This document shows positions 9,770 through 22,355 of a DNA stretch of 64,000 bases, in pieces. Source of the stretch: Lama guanicoe. Taxonomy: Eukaryota. Position 1 is the stretch's first letter; the number at the start of each line of letters is the position of its first letter. The stretch is from NCBI GenBank assembly GCA_013239625.1, contig MU056000.1:10365175-10429174 (forward strand), read 5' to 3'. Under the pieces are notes generated by a model. It had not been told where the DNA came from, did no database searches, and saw only the letters and a list, made by a program, of their open reading frames with translations. The translations under genes and the position numbers were made by a program.

Positions 9770-12700
9770 TCTGACCCATAACACCTTCCCAGAGGCATGC
9801 ATGAGGAAATAGAGCTGTTCTAATGAGTGTATATTTGATCGCCTTATAAATTTTTAAATTCATTTCCCTGAAAGGGTCTGTGTTTCTCTTTATACGAAAG
9901 AAAAAAGAAAGAAAGAAAGATGGCTTGTGCATGTCTCTCTTTCCTCTGGACTTCCATTAATGCCGTGTTGGGGTTGACTTGGCCTTATTCTCTCCTTCTA
10001 TGTTTTGTTATGTATTTTGTTAACCTCAATCTTTGTATTTAACTGAGGGAGAAATTAAGAAACGCGTCTTGGTACATTTATTTGCCCTTCAATTTTCTGC
10101 TCAAAAGTAAGTGGTAGGGGCAGGCATTCTCTGCAGTGGCTGTCCCCAGTGTCCTCGGGTCCTGCAGAGAGCCTGGGCCCCCACCTCCTGTTAGTTTCAA
10201 AATGCTGGGTATGCAGGTGAGCATCAGAAGAGTTTCAGCCAGGAGAAAGATGCAGAGGCTGGGTGATGCTCGCACCTACTAGTGCCTAGTTGAACTCTCA
10301 GGATGCAGGCATGGCCTCACAGCTGAGACCAGTCTGAAATCAGCCAGGCAACAGCCCTTGAGCCCATCCTAACCTGGACGCTTCCCCTTTGAGCACACGA
10401 GGGGTTCTCAGAGCCTGTGTTTCAGAAGGAACACCTCGCACGCCCTGGTGCAGGAGCCCATGCTGGCCCTTGCGTGTCCCTGAGTGTGCACCAGCCCCCC
10501 CAGGATGCTCACTCTGAGATAAGCCCCGTCAGGTGGGGCACACACGTTCTGGCCAGTGTTAGGTTGCCAAAGTTGCCTTTGATTTCTGCCTCTCATTGTT
10601 TCTTAATGTGGTAGGTAACCTATAAAGGGAATTTGCCAGTGTTCTGGGGGAGTCCAAGTGCCTTACAGAATCACCCTGGAGGCCTGGGAAGACCACTGGA
10701 GGCCTAGAACAGACATTTGAAAATGTCCTCTAGAACTCTTCAGTATTTTTGTTAAAAGAACCACCACTCTGCCCACTCCCACCCATTCAGGCCACCTAAT
10801 CCCCCTGCCGGGTCAGCCGCAGCCTCCTTCCTTCTTGTCGGCTTCTGTGAAGCTGTCTGCGGTCACTGTCAAGCAGCTGTACCTACGCCACGGCCTCGGT
10901 CTTCCTTCCTCCTTTAATGGGCACCTTCTGGAAAGTTCCACCAAGAGCAAGAGAGTGGATGTGGATCAACCCACTGACTGTGCCAGCCCCCAAATGTGGA
11001 CATCCACAACTTCCCCACACCCCTTCCCCAGTCTAGACAGCAATGAAAATAGAGCCTTGCCTTTCTCTCAGAGGCTGGCCGGCATTAAATGAGATAGATT
11101 TTTAAATGCCTGATACTTAGATTGGTACATGGTGAGTTTTCAGAAACTCTAAACAGCTGTATTATTGTGGCAAAATATGAATTATGAGACAAAATCTGGT
11201 ACACTGTATTACCAAAGACATCTGTACCACATAAGTTGGTTTTGTTTACATTTTCTAGCAAATGTGGCTTTGTAGTCTCAAAACCATCGGGTGTCAGGAT
11301 ACTAAAGTGCATGCTAAAAGGATAGGACTGCATAAAGGAGTGTACCCAGGCCAAGCCTGACGTGGACAGTCCGGGGACACGGCCAGACTCCTCAGCTGAG
11401 ACGGGAACGAGAACCTGGCACCCCACTGTGTCTAACTTACGTATCCACTGCGGGCCAGAGCATGGCCCAGCCCTTGGAATCCCCAGCACGCTGGCTCGCT
11501 GACAGTGGACAGCCGTCTGCTTCCGTGTGTCCTGATACCAGCTCAGTAACCCAGAGCTGACATGCATGTGGCAAGATTTCTGACAGTCACATCTGCACAA
11601 CCAGGACCTGCCCCAAGCATCCAAGAGCCCAGCTGAGACCAGCGTCTTCAGAGTCCTGGGAATCTGTGAACGTCCAGACGACATCTTTGGTGGGAGCCTC
11701 TGAGAAGATGCTAAGGGGAGCAGGGCACCTGACGTGCCACCTGCCGACAGAGGGGATGGGGCAGGACATAGCTTGGGATTTGGCAGAGGTCTCAGCTTCC
11801 TCCTCCTTCCCTGGACCAAGGGGTCACTTGGTAAATGACAGCTTGGGACAAATACTGTTATTTGTGTTTTTTTCTACTCAGCAGCTACCACCACACAGCT
11901 TGTGGGCCTGGGTAGGTGGCCTCAAGAAGTGATCTTTGTTTTAATTTTGCAATCTTGCCTCGCTGACTGAGTTACTGAACACGTATTGAGTGCCTGCTAC
12001 GTGTCAGTCACTGTGATGGATGCTAAAGACACAGTAGTGACCCGAAGAGATCGGGTACCACTAGCACTCCAAGATAAGGAGAAGGTAGGCTTCCCCTTGC
12101 CAGGGGTTGTCCCCATGGCTGCAGCATCTTCGGGACACTGGAATCACACAAGCTTGTAAGAGGGCTGCCCACCAAGGGCCATGTGAAGGAGGCAGAGTAG
12201 CTCTCCATGAGAGCAGAACAGGAACTGATTTACTTTACAGATGTCCCCCATTCTTCTTTTAAAAGGACAAACGTGGAAACGATGAGGGATGCCAGCAGCT
12301 CGGCGTGATCCTGGAATACATGTTCTCGGTGAACATTTTATCTGGCAGATTTGGGACCTTTTCCATGATCTGATCTGTCAGCGAGCTGAAGAGCTACTCG
12401 TTGTGGCTTTTTTTATTTAATAAAACTTTAAAAAATGAGCATGAGAGTCCCAGTGATGTTACCATGACATAGGTAGAACCCAGCACGGCATCAATGTGAG
12501 GAGGAGCTGTTCCTTTGACGGTGCAAGGAAGTCGGGGCTAAAATAAACTTCCAAAGGAAAATGTCACCATCGCCGTAGTTTGTTTGTTTGTTTGTTTTAA
12601 GATTGTTCCTAAGTTGCTTTCTAGAGAAACCCTGGTGATCAGTTACTGAAAAAAGGCACCCAGTTAAGTAGCCAAAGAGCAGCACAGAGGGAGGGTGCAG

Positions 12701-12831
12701 AGTCCCTCCGTGCCCACCCGGTGAGCCCTGCTCTGGGCCGTCATGCAGCGGCCCACGCCGACGCGCACCGTCCTGCCACCAGATTTCACTTCAGTTCCCC
12801 TCTGCCTTTTTGTTCCTCTTTCCCTCTACAG

Positions 12832-13079
12832 AGTGAAAGTAGCAGCAGTAGCAACATCTCCACCATGTTGGTGACACACGATTACACGGCAGTGAAGGAG
12901 GATGAGATAAACGTCTACCAAGGAGAGGTCGTTCAAATTCTGGCCAGCAATCAACAGAACATGTTTCTGGTGTTCCGAGCCGCCACTGACCAGTGCCCTG
13001 CAGCCGAGGGCTGGATTCCGGGCTTCGTCCTGGGGCACACCAGTGCAGTCATCATGGAGAACCCCGACGGGGCTCTCAA
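12832..13079 (+). CDS. TRIO: TRIO exon, second SH3 domain (SESSSSSNISTMLVTHDYTAVKEDEI...AEGWIPG..)
   Basis: Strong pyrimidine tract then ctacag; donor CAA|GTGAGT; 248 nt, phase 0-2. Confidence 0.96.
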
Positions 13080-13944
13080 GTGAGTGCCCGGCAGGGCAGC
13101 TGGGGTTGGGGGAGCCTGGGAGGGGGCGCCCATGGAGAGAAAGCTGCGCTGTGGTCAGTTGATTGAGTTCATTCCTAAGTACTATGTGGAACCCCGAAGT
13201 GAAGATGGGCTGGCCTTCCCTCTCAGACTCGTTTGATGAGTTCTTTTAATAACCTGTGTTTGCACACACATGGCTTTTTTAACCGCTAGGTAGAACACAG
13301 CGATATTTTAATTCCCAGAGGTCCTGAGAGGGGAAGCTTTTTAAGACCCCCTAACTCGTTACTGGGTATGCTGAGGGTGCGTGGGTGAAGAGCATCATTC
13401 TGTAAGCTGCAGCTAAAGGTCTGTTATGCCATTACCATTACGCCCTATATATACTGGAAGATTATTTCAGTTAAGAAACTTGAAACCAATTTTGCTGCAT
13501 TAAGCATTATTTTAAAGGAAGCTGAATTCAGCTGCTAGTTTCAGACTCTGCCCTTCCCTGAGTCTCTCTGGCTATGGGAGAGGACAGCCAGGTGGCTTCT
13601 GGGAGTGGAAGCATTGCAAACCTATGATTTTTAAGTCTTCAAAGGCTTCAGCCCAAAAAATCGGACTCAAAGGCATTAATAGTGGCCACATTCCTCTCCA
13701 GGCATGGCAGTTCCCCTACCTGGGTTTGCAGCCCAGACTGGCCAGCATCCCAGCACCACCCTGTACCTCTGGGCTCGGCGTTCACACCCGGGCTTGAGTC
13801 CAGGCTTGAATTCAGGCTGCAAAGAGCCTACGGTCCTACAGTCCCTTGTCCTGTTTCTCCTTGATATATGGAAATATTTTATTCTGGTACATTGTTCAAG
13901 AGTCCCGTTTTTTATTTCGCTTTCTCAAAAATATTCTTAGGTCC

Positions 13945-14322
13945 TGTATTAGGGTTCTGCAGAGAAACAGAACCAATAGAGTGTAGGGGTGTATGTATAT
14001 TATAAGGTATTAGCTCATACAATTGTGGAGACTGGCGAGTCCAGATCTGCACGGTGGGCCAGCAGGCTGGGGGCCTGGAAGAGCCAGTGGTACAGATGAA
14101 GCCTAAAGGCATTCTGCCGGAGAATTCCCTCTTGCTCAGGGAGGCCAGTCTTTTTGTGTTCTAGTCAGGCCTTCAACTGATTGGATGAAGCCCACCACAC
14201 TTTGGAGGGCAGTCTGCTTTACTCTACCAATTAAAATGTCAGTTTCATCCAGGAACACCCAAAATGATGTGTGACCAAATATCTGAGCGCTGTCAAGTTG
14301 ATACATAAAACTAACCATCCCA
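13945..14322 (-). mobile_element. MLT2-like solo LTR (ERVL)
   Basis: TG...CA ends; tgtattagggttctgcagagaaacagaaccaatag and gtcaagttgatacataaaactaaccatccca; near-TSD GGTCC/GGTAC. Confidence 0.8.
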
Positions 14323-14557
14323 GGTACCTTTGTATTTTAATCCTTAAAACTTAATTTAAGAAACTGTTGGTTTTATATCTCTGGTTATCGAGAACCGCAG
14401 GAAAGTTTTCCTTAGCAGAGATGACTGTTACTAAAGGAATCTCAGTCCCCTGATAGCCGCCTAAGTTGGACAGTCAGCTCTTCTCTAATGCTTTCAGGAA
14501 ATCATTTGCTAAACACTGGGGAGGCATAATACTAACAATGTGTTATCCTGCCCCTAG

Positions 14558-14696
14558 GAAGTCAACATCTTGGCACACAGCACTCCGTTTAAGGAAAAAA
14601 TCTGAGAAAAAAGATAAAGACGGCAAACGGGAAGGCAAGTTGGAGAACGGTTATCGGAAGTCCCGGGAAGGGCTCAGCAACAAGGTATCTGTGAAG
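14558..14696 (+). CDS. TRIO: TRIO exon (KSTSWHTALRLRKKSEKK...NKVSVK)
   Basis: Acceptor cccctag with TACTAAC at 14530-14536; donor AAG|GTGAGC; 139 nt, phase 2-0. Confidence 0.95.
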
Positions 14697-15449
14697 GTGA
14701 GCACAGCGCCTCCAGGAACCTATGTCGTTCCTCGGGGAGCAGGAGGCGCCTGGACCGGGTCCTGGCAGCGCCCCGTCTCCCTCTGCCCTGCGAGTAGACC
14801 CGAGGGCCTTTCTAGGGGGATAGTGTGGCCCAGGTATGCACAGGTATTCTGAGGAACCAGGTATACAAGTGTACACCTCACTGGGCGCATGCGTGGCTGA
14901 CAAGGACCGCCGTTAGGTCCCCAGAGGAAGCAGAGACTAGATCCCCAGAGGCAGGCAGAGCATGGGACTCAGACCACAGGGAAGGTGACGAGGTGCTGAG
15001 ACACAGGGTCACTGGCTGCAGCAAGTTCCCTCGGCAGGAGCTTCAGCCAGCTTTACTCCTGTAACCAGAGTGCCTTAAACCTGTTCGGGTCCTATTTGGA
15101 GAAAAAATATTTCCTAAAGGGAATCCAAGGACCTTGGGTCAGGACACTGGCCATTCTGCCCGAAGGAGGGGATCCAGGGATCCGCAGGACTCAGCTCGGC
15201 TCGTAGGATGAGAATAAAGGACATCTCCGAGTTTAAGCAGCATTTTCGTGTTTATGGGTAGGAAAGAAAAAACTCCTCCATTTGTGTGACACGAAGCTTT
15301 CGGGTGCATTCAAAGGCAGTGAGATACCAGGCAGGCCAAGCTGTCTTTCCTCTCGTCTTTCCACCATAGTTGCAGCCCTGGAGTAAAACTAATGTATCTC
15401 AAGATAGCTTATGACTCTGGTTAATAGCTGTGTGCTCCTTCCATTTCAG

Positions 15450-15477
15450 CTTCTCAATCCCAACTACATATATGACG
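15450..15477 (+). CDS. TRIO: TRIO 28-nt exon (LLNPNYIYD)
   Basis: Acceptor ccatttcag; donor ACG|GTGAGT; phase 0-1 bridges its neighbours; matches recalled human sequence; absent from the ORF track. Confidence 0.93.
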
Positions 15478-15680
15478 GTGAGTTCTGCTCTTTGCTGCTA
15501 GTCCTTTAGGGGGCAGGTCTGTGGGGTTTCGGGACACTCGGGTGTAGCCTGTGGACACGGGTTTTCTGTGGAGCTCTGGGCTTGGACAGCATCTTAGGCC
15601 ACACACGTCTGTTGGGGAAGTACTGGTGGGCATGGGAGGGGAGCCGGGTGACCGGCGTGACAGACTCCTTTCCGGTGCAG

Positions 15681-15843
15681 TTCCCCCAGAATTCGTCATT
15701 CCCTTGAGTGAGGTCACGTGTGAGACAGGGGAGACCGTTGTTCTTAGATGTCGGGTCTGTGGCCGCCCCAAGGCCTCGATCACCTGGAAGGGCCCTGAAC
15801 ACAGCACCCTGAACAACGATGACCACTACAGCATCTCCTACAG
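15681..15843 (+). CDS. TRIO: TRIO exon, Ig domain N-half (VPPEFVIPLSEVTC...YSISY)
   Basis: Acceptor ggtgcag; donor CAG|GTGAGG; 163 nt, phase 1-2. Confidence 0.95.
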
Positions 15844-16102
15844 GTGAGGGGGCCCTTCAGGACAGTGAACGCGACCTCATTTCACTGGGACTGACAGTCG
15901 ACTCCCTTGGTCACCTTTGGCCCTGGGATGCCCCCTCGTGAGGGAATGTGTCACACCTGGGTGGGCAGCTGGGATTGAAATCCTACTTGAAACTGCCCAT
16001 CAGCACCTGAGCTCCTGGTTTCCTGTGTCCCCGAGGCGGGGGGGAGGCTGGCGGCGGGGAGAGCTGAGCCGCCCTGAACCTGTGTGCCCTCCTGTGCGGC
16101 AG

Positions 16103-16224
16103 TGACTTGGGAGAGGCCGCTCTGAAGATCGTCGGTGTGACCACCGAGGACGACGGCATCTACACGTGCATCGCTGTGAACGACATGGGGTCAGCCTCGT
16201 CTTCGGCGAGTCTGAGGGTTCTAG
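16103..16224 (+). CDS. TRIO: TRIO exon, Ig domain C-half (DLGEAALKIVGVTTEDDGIYTCIAVNDMGSASSSASLRVL)
   Basis: Acceptor gcggcag; donor TAG|GTAAGA; I-set motif DxGxYxC; 122 nt, phase 2-1. Confidence 0.95.
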
Positions 16225-17376
16225 GTAAGACGCCCCCCATCCCCGCCGCACGCACACACTTGACATGACCAAAAGTACGTGACACATCACTTGTGGGCTG
16301 CAAGGGGCAGACCAGCCTCTGGGGCGCCCAGGCGGGTGACCCCTGGGCAGGCAAGGAGCTTGGCAAAGGCCTCTACCCACGGCCGCTGAGCCCGGGAGCC
16401 TCTGGTGCCGGCTGCCAGGAGCAGCAAGGGGCATCCTGTGCTCTTAGTGCTCAAAACGCGTTCTCATCTGCAGCTTTTCCTTTGTCTGATTATTTACTTG
16501 CCACTTTGGCTCTAAGAGGAACTATTCTAAGTCAGTCTCATGTAGAAGAGAACCAAAAGGAAGGAAAGAAGGGAGTGTGGGTAAGGCCCGTGCAGGCTCT
16601 GTGCCCGTGCTAGACCCTGACAGCCCTGCAGTCCTCCCATCCCTCCCATGAGCGCGAGGTGACCTCAGTGGGACGAAAGCCCTCGCTCCCCCCATGCCCA
16701 GCAAAGCCTGTTCTCTCTCCTCAGCTGAACCCTGAGCTTCTGGAGGCAGAGCCGTATCTTAGGCCATTTAGAATTTCCTATGGTTGCACTTGACGTGTGC
16801 AGATGCTCTGAACCACAAATCCGGGCTGATTTTCAGCTTCGATTTTGCAGAAGGCCCTCTGTGCCATCAGGGATGCTGGTGGCACCCTGTGTGTAGACAG
16901 TGAACACAACTGTCCTAGAACTTCTATCTTATGTATCCTACTCCAGTGTATTTTAACCTCGTTAAGTCAAAGGGTTCTGAGGTTTGGATCATGGTACAAG
17001 AAAGGAAGAAAACTTGAATTTGACCACAGATAATCATCCATGTTCTAATTTTAAAAGATGTCACAAAAATTATATAGTTGATTTTTTAAAAATAAATCAG
17101 TAGTGAAAGCAAGGAAGTTTAGGGAGACAAGACTCTTCCTAGGAATATGCTGTCTTGTAGAAATCCGAGGGTGTGTTTATTTCTGTCGCACAAATCCATC
17201 TGTTTCTCATACTGAGTCCCAGCACACGGCATGGATTTTACCCTTCGTTCCGTGAACCACAGTTCAGATGCTCAGCGACCCCGAGCGGCTGCCGCGTTGG
17301 TCAGCACAGGGCTCTAGTCCCCTCCCCCGAGAGGGGCCCAAGAACCAGGCTCAGGGAGGTGCCGCTCTTCTTACAG

Positions 17377-17455
17377 GTCCAGGGAGTGATGGCATCACGG
17401 TGACCTGGAAAGACAACTTCGACTGCTTCTACAGCGAAGTGGCTGAGCTTGGCAG
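17377..17455 (+). CDS. TRIO: TRIO exon (PGSDGITVTWKDNFDCFYSEVAELG)
   Basis: Acceptor cttcttacag; donor CAG|GTAGGA; 79 nt, phase 1-2. Confidence 0.94.
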
Positions 17456-19216
17456 GTAGGACGGAAACCCGGAGCCCCTCCTGAGGTCACAGAGTGAGAG
17501 ACACGGGTCTGTGGAATACCCAGAGAAAGTTACAGGGTGTATTTTGCTGGCAGTTGCAAGTTAGGCGTTTGACCTCTGAAATGTAAATTGTAAACACCTT
17601 TCGATATTAAACGTTGAGGAATAAGGAAGACGTTTCCAGCCCAGGTTCCAAGAGAGAATCGACACTTACTGCCCTGTCCCGACCATTGATGGGGTGAACT
17701 GACGCCCGCTCTGCATCTAGGGCGGCGCCAGCTGCGCCCCAGCCTTGGGAGAACCCAGGGAAGGGGCGCTCAGACCCCTTCTTATGGGACGTCGTTCTCC
17801 TCTGAAACCCAGCTGGGAGAGGCTGAATGTGTCCTGCAGGTTTTGGCTGCACCTGGCGATTTAGAATGTACCCTAAGAGGGGGCTTCAACAGAGTAGGGC
17901 TGTCTCTCTCCAGACAGCAGCCAGGGCGCGGGCGGCAGCTCTGCGGTGCCCTCGGTCACCCAGGGTCTGCCACAGCTCCATGTCCACCCCGCGTGGCCCT
18001 CATCCACCCTGCAGCGTTTCCTGTGTGGCAGGGGCGTCAGAAGCATGACACCCAAGCTTGTCCCTTTTGAAAAGCTTTCCAAGAAACCCCCCAGCAGCAG
18101 CCTCGCAGGTTCTGGTGGCCGTTCCTGGGCTCCTGGCTGCCGAGGTCCGTGCACACACCTGCTGCATCAGCCCCACCTGTCTGCCAGCCGTCTGGCCACA
18201 CAAGGCTCACCTAGCAGTCAGAGCCACAGGGATGTATCACTTCGTGCGCCACGTGACTGGCCCGGCCAGCATTCTTTTCAATTCTGTTGGTCCCTCCTGG
18301 ACTCGGTCAGCAGGCACTCCCACCCGCACCCACACGTCTGGCCTCGCCTGGGTCCTGGGCCTCTCTCCACATAGACTTTCACCCCGGGCTTCCTCGTGTG
18401 ATGGCTGGAGCATCCCAGGAGAGCAGAAGCTGTGAGGCCTCTCAGGGCCCCGCTTCAGAAATGAACAATCGCGCCTTCTCCGTATTCCGTGGGCAGACCG
18501 GGCCAGCCAGCCCCAACTCCAGGCAAGAGGAAGAGACTTGGCCTGTCTGAGGCAGGGGGGCAAAGTGGAGTGCCCATCCTCGGCCCAGCACAGTCTGGCC
18601 CTGGCCACAGATTTATGTCTTTCCTCACGTTCCCCAGCCCCCAGATCTCATCCTGTGGTGGCAGCGGGCTCAGACCCGAGGTCCTGGATCCGGTCCAGGC
18701 ACAGCTGAGGCTTCCTGGGGGTGGTTCATTGGGTGCAGCTCCTGAGATCACACACTAGAGATGAGTTACCAGCCCTACACACATACCCTACAACAGCAGG
18801 ACAGAGCAGGGATGGCAAGAGATACTCCTGTCCAAAGTTGGGGAGGGTGTGGGATGACCAGAGAGTCATCCATTCCAAGCTGCTTCACGTGGTGAGGAAG
18901 GTTTTCCACGAGAGCAAAGTGGAAGCTGCCCGGTAAGTCTCATGGCATCCCTCCTGCCACGTTCAGAGGTCAGAGGGAGTCACGTGGCCTGCCCTTACAC
19001 GGGGGAGTCTGCTTCCAGGAGGGGGAGAGGCGGAGTCGCAGGCTGGCTCCCTCGAGGCCATCGTGGGCCACAGAGCCTGCTCTGCACGTGGCTGGGAGAG
19101 CAGGCTCACCCGCCAGAGGAGGCCGCCCCACATGTTGTCCATTCAGGGTAACAGTGTCTTTTCCCGGTGGCACAGGCAGAGTCCTCTGAAAGCTGTCTTC
19201 TCCACCTGCTTTCCAG

Positions 19217-19417
19217 GGGCAGGTTCTCTGTCGTCAAGAAATGCGATCAGAAGGGAACCAAGCGATCAGTGGCCACGAAGTTTGTGAACAAGAAGTTGAT
19301 GAAACGTGACCAGGTCACCCGCGAGCTCGGGATCCTGCAGAGCCTGCAGCACCCGCTGCTCGTCAGCCTCCTCGACACCTTCGAGACCCCCACCAGCTAC
19401 GTCCTGGTTTTGGAAAT
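19217..19417 (+). CDS. TRIO: TRIO exon, kinase N-lobe (GRFSVVKKC..VATKFV..VLVLE)
   Basis: Acceptor ctttccag; donor AAT|GTGCGT; 201 nt, phase 2-2; VAxK motif. Confidence 0.95.
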
Positions 19418-20904
19418 GTGCGTGCCTGCCCGCTGCCCCTCCTCTCCCTGCCCCGGCCTCAGCCTCAGGTGGCCCTGTTGGTTACTCTCGAAGGAGACAA
19501 AGTGGGACTTAGGATTCACAGGACTTTTGAGACACGTGTCCACTCTGAGACCACGGCCGTAGGGCTTCCCGGTGATGGTGCCAGGAAGCAAGGCCTCTGT
19601 ACAAGCTGCCCACACGGAGGCACAGGCCAAGCAACAGGACACCCGCCACCCAGGCTCCCTAGGGGTCTCAGCCTCCCTGGAGACTCCACCTAGTTCCCAG
19701 AGTCCCCCGGGGCTGGGCCACCCTGGCTGAGACCTGCCTGGGGCCCATCCTGGCCCTCAGAGCTCCTGGCCCCCAAAGGGTGGTGACAATGGGGAGATGA
19801 GGTGCACCTCACCTAAAGAACGCTCTCCTGGGGGTGGCTCTGACCACAGCAGCCCCGCTGGTCCCCGAGGTCCTCACTGGGCCCTGTGTGCTACCTCAGT
19901 AAACGCTCTGTCGTTTAAAGATAAAGAGTATGACGCGTATGACCCAGAGCAGTTTTGCCCCCCAGGGGACGGACGCTTGGCAAACATCTGCAGGCTTTTT
20001 GGTTATCACAGCTAGACGTTCCTCAGGGCACAGGCTGGCCTCGCAACAGAGAGTCACTGGCCCAGAGAATCAGTCATGCTGAGGTTGGGAGGCCCTGCCC
20101 TTAGACCATCCCGGTCTCTGGACCATCTCGGCATTTAGCTTTGTTTAAATTCCTTTTCCTCCCTTTCAGGGCAGTCATTGCATACATTTATTTACTTGGG
20201 TTTACAATGTCATTTCCATTGGCTCAAGTGAAACCTCTAGCGCCGTTTCGTAGTTCTTGACACGTTGTTGTAGGGAGAGGAGGCCGAGCAGGAGGACCGG
20301 TTGCTCGGGGCACATTCATGGTGACCACAGCTCCATGATTGCAGGGCCTCCCTCAAGACAGACTTTCTGTCTGTCATATTCTTAAAGAATTTGTAAGCAC
20401 CTCTACCCCACAGCCTTCGTGGGCCTATTCCGGCCTCTCTCTGCCCTAGCAAACCCGTGAGAGGGTGGTGGGGCAGATGGGTCCTGCCCAGCGCCACCAG
20501 TTGTGAGGTCAGGGGACCTGGGCTCGTTCTCAGCCTTGCTCCTGTGGAATCCCAACCACTTTGGAAGGTTGCTGTGGGGCTGAGATGATGTCCAGGCAGA
20601 GACCTGGGAAGGGGCTTTCTGGCCCTGGAAGCTTGATGACTGACAGCTACTGCTTATCTTACTCTGGGAATTTTAACAGAGTCCTAGCGTGCTGGGCAGA
20701 CTTCTACAAGACTTCGGTCTGCTTTAAATTTTCAATGCATTTAGCTATTATTTCTTTGCACTGGAAAACTAGATGATTTGGTCTTATCATACTGTAAATA
20801 GGATTTCTTTTCACAACAAATTACTCACAACCTAATTCCCATTGACAGCTCGCCATTACCATACAAGTGGCCGATATTCCTACAGATTTCTGTTTTGCAA
20901 AGAG

Positions 20905-21130
20905 GACAGCTTAGACCAATGTTCAGAGAGGCCAGGGCCAGAGCACCCCATTGCAATTCCAGTCTTCACCTCCGAGCTGGGTGTCTTGGGGAAGTTATAT
21001 ACCCTCTCTGTGCCTCAGTTTCCTCATCTGTAAAATGGGGACAACTCTCTTCTCCCAGACTTGTCATGAGGATTAAGTGAGTGGATAGAAAGCATTTAGT
21101 CCCTGGCTCACAGCACTATTATGTAAGCAT
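20905..21130 (+). mobile_element. MIR SINE
   Basis: ctctctgtgcctcagtttcctcatctgtaaaatgggga...gaggattaagtgag. Confidence 0.85.
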
Positions 21131-21621
21131 TTTTTAAATGTCGAAAGTAATGTCACAGTAGGAAGACTTTGAGTCCAATGTCTTGGACTTGGATCGCCTG
21201 CCTCTTTATTTACATTCCCTCGTTCAGACCACATGGCCCATTTTCCAGATGATGAGACTAAGGCTCGGGGAGATGGGCTCGCGTTATTTCCTCCTGCAGC
21301 AGGTACCTGCCGACCACCTGCTGTGTGCAAGGCACTGCCAAGCAGCATGCCCAAGTGGTTTGCACGTCCACAGGGCAGGGTTTGAGTCTCTGCCTCTCAG
21401 TTCCCTCCAAGGGTTCAGATGCCTTGTTCCTCACTTGCCTCCACGATGAGGTTAAAAAGAAATCGCCCTCCTGGCCTTGTCGTGCCTTCAGGTGGAGGTG
21501 TGAGCCTAAAGTGCCAACAGAACATTGACAGTGGGGCCCAGCTGTGATGTGTGTGTCGCAGGCAGGGCTCTGAGTGACTGACCAAAATCTAAGCAGATCT
21601 TGTACGTTCCTCCCTCTGCAG

Positions 21622-21760
21622 GGCTGACCAGGGACGGCTCCTGGACTGTGTGGTGCGGTGGGGGAACCTCACAGAAGGGAAGATCAGGGCGTATCTGGGC
21701 GAGGTTCTGGAAGCCGTCCGATACCTTCACAACTGCAGGATAGCACACCTGGACCTAAAG
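21622..21760 (+). CDS. TRIO: TRIO exon, kinase (ADQGRLLDCVV...RIAHLDLK)
   Basis: Acceptor ccctctgcag; donor AAG|GTTAGT; 139 nt, phase 2-0; catalytic loop HLDLK. Confidence 0.95.
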
Positions 21761-22355
21761 GTTAGTGGAGTCGCAGGGACGGGAGGGCCACACGTCTGAA
21801 CCCAGTGAGGCCACGCGGTACCTGAGGCCCACTCTCAGTCTGTCTTCGGAATCCAGGCCAGGAGCCCCCAGGGACTGGGGACAGACACGAGGGGTGGGCC
21901 ATGGGGGCACTGATTTCTGATCTCTGTTTTTAAGAGTTTGCTCTCAGTGACATATAAATAAGCAATAAAGTACCAGATAAACATTTGAGGTCCTCAGACA
22001 TTTCTTGCAACTTCAGAAAGTTCCTGTGAATCTTGCTGGGTTGGTGTGCGGCTGGAGCAGCGTGACTGAGACAGGAAGGGGCACGTTGCTGCTGCTGGTG
22101 CTGGTAGGGAGAGAGCACTGGCTTCATCCACCTGCTCGGTTAACACAGCAGCCGCGTGCTCCAGGGAGGGGCCGGCCCGGCTGAGTCAGGCAGCCTCTCC
22201 TCGGTGTTGGCGCTTTGTCCTCCTCCCGTGGGCTTCATCCTGTTTTGCACGTAAATGGCTGGCCCCCGTCGACCTCATACATTCCTGGGGAGCATCCCGC
22301 TTCAGCCTAAGATTGGGGCTGACGGAAATGACAGTTGTCTTATCCTGTCTCCTAG

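Noticed and set aside
10321..11640. CAGCTGAGAC recurring three times (~10320, ~11393, ~11630)
   Set aside because: Short and irregularly spaced with no array structure; not CRISPR-like and not enough to call a repeat
11085..11819. 244-aa minus-strand ORF in a TRIO intron
   Set aside because: No recognisable domain and non-ATG start; probably chance, although no homology search was run
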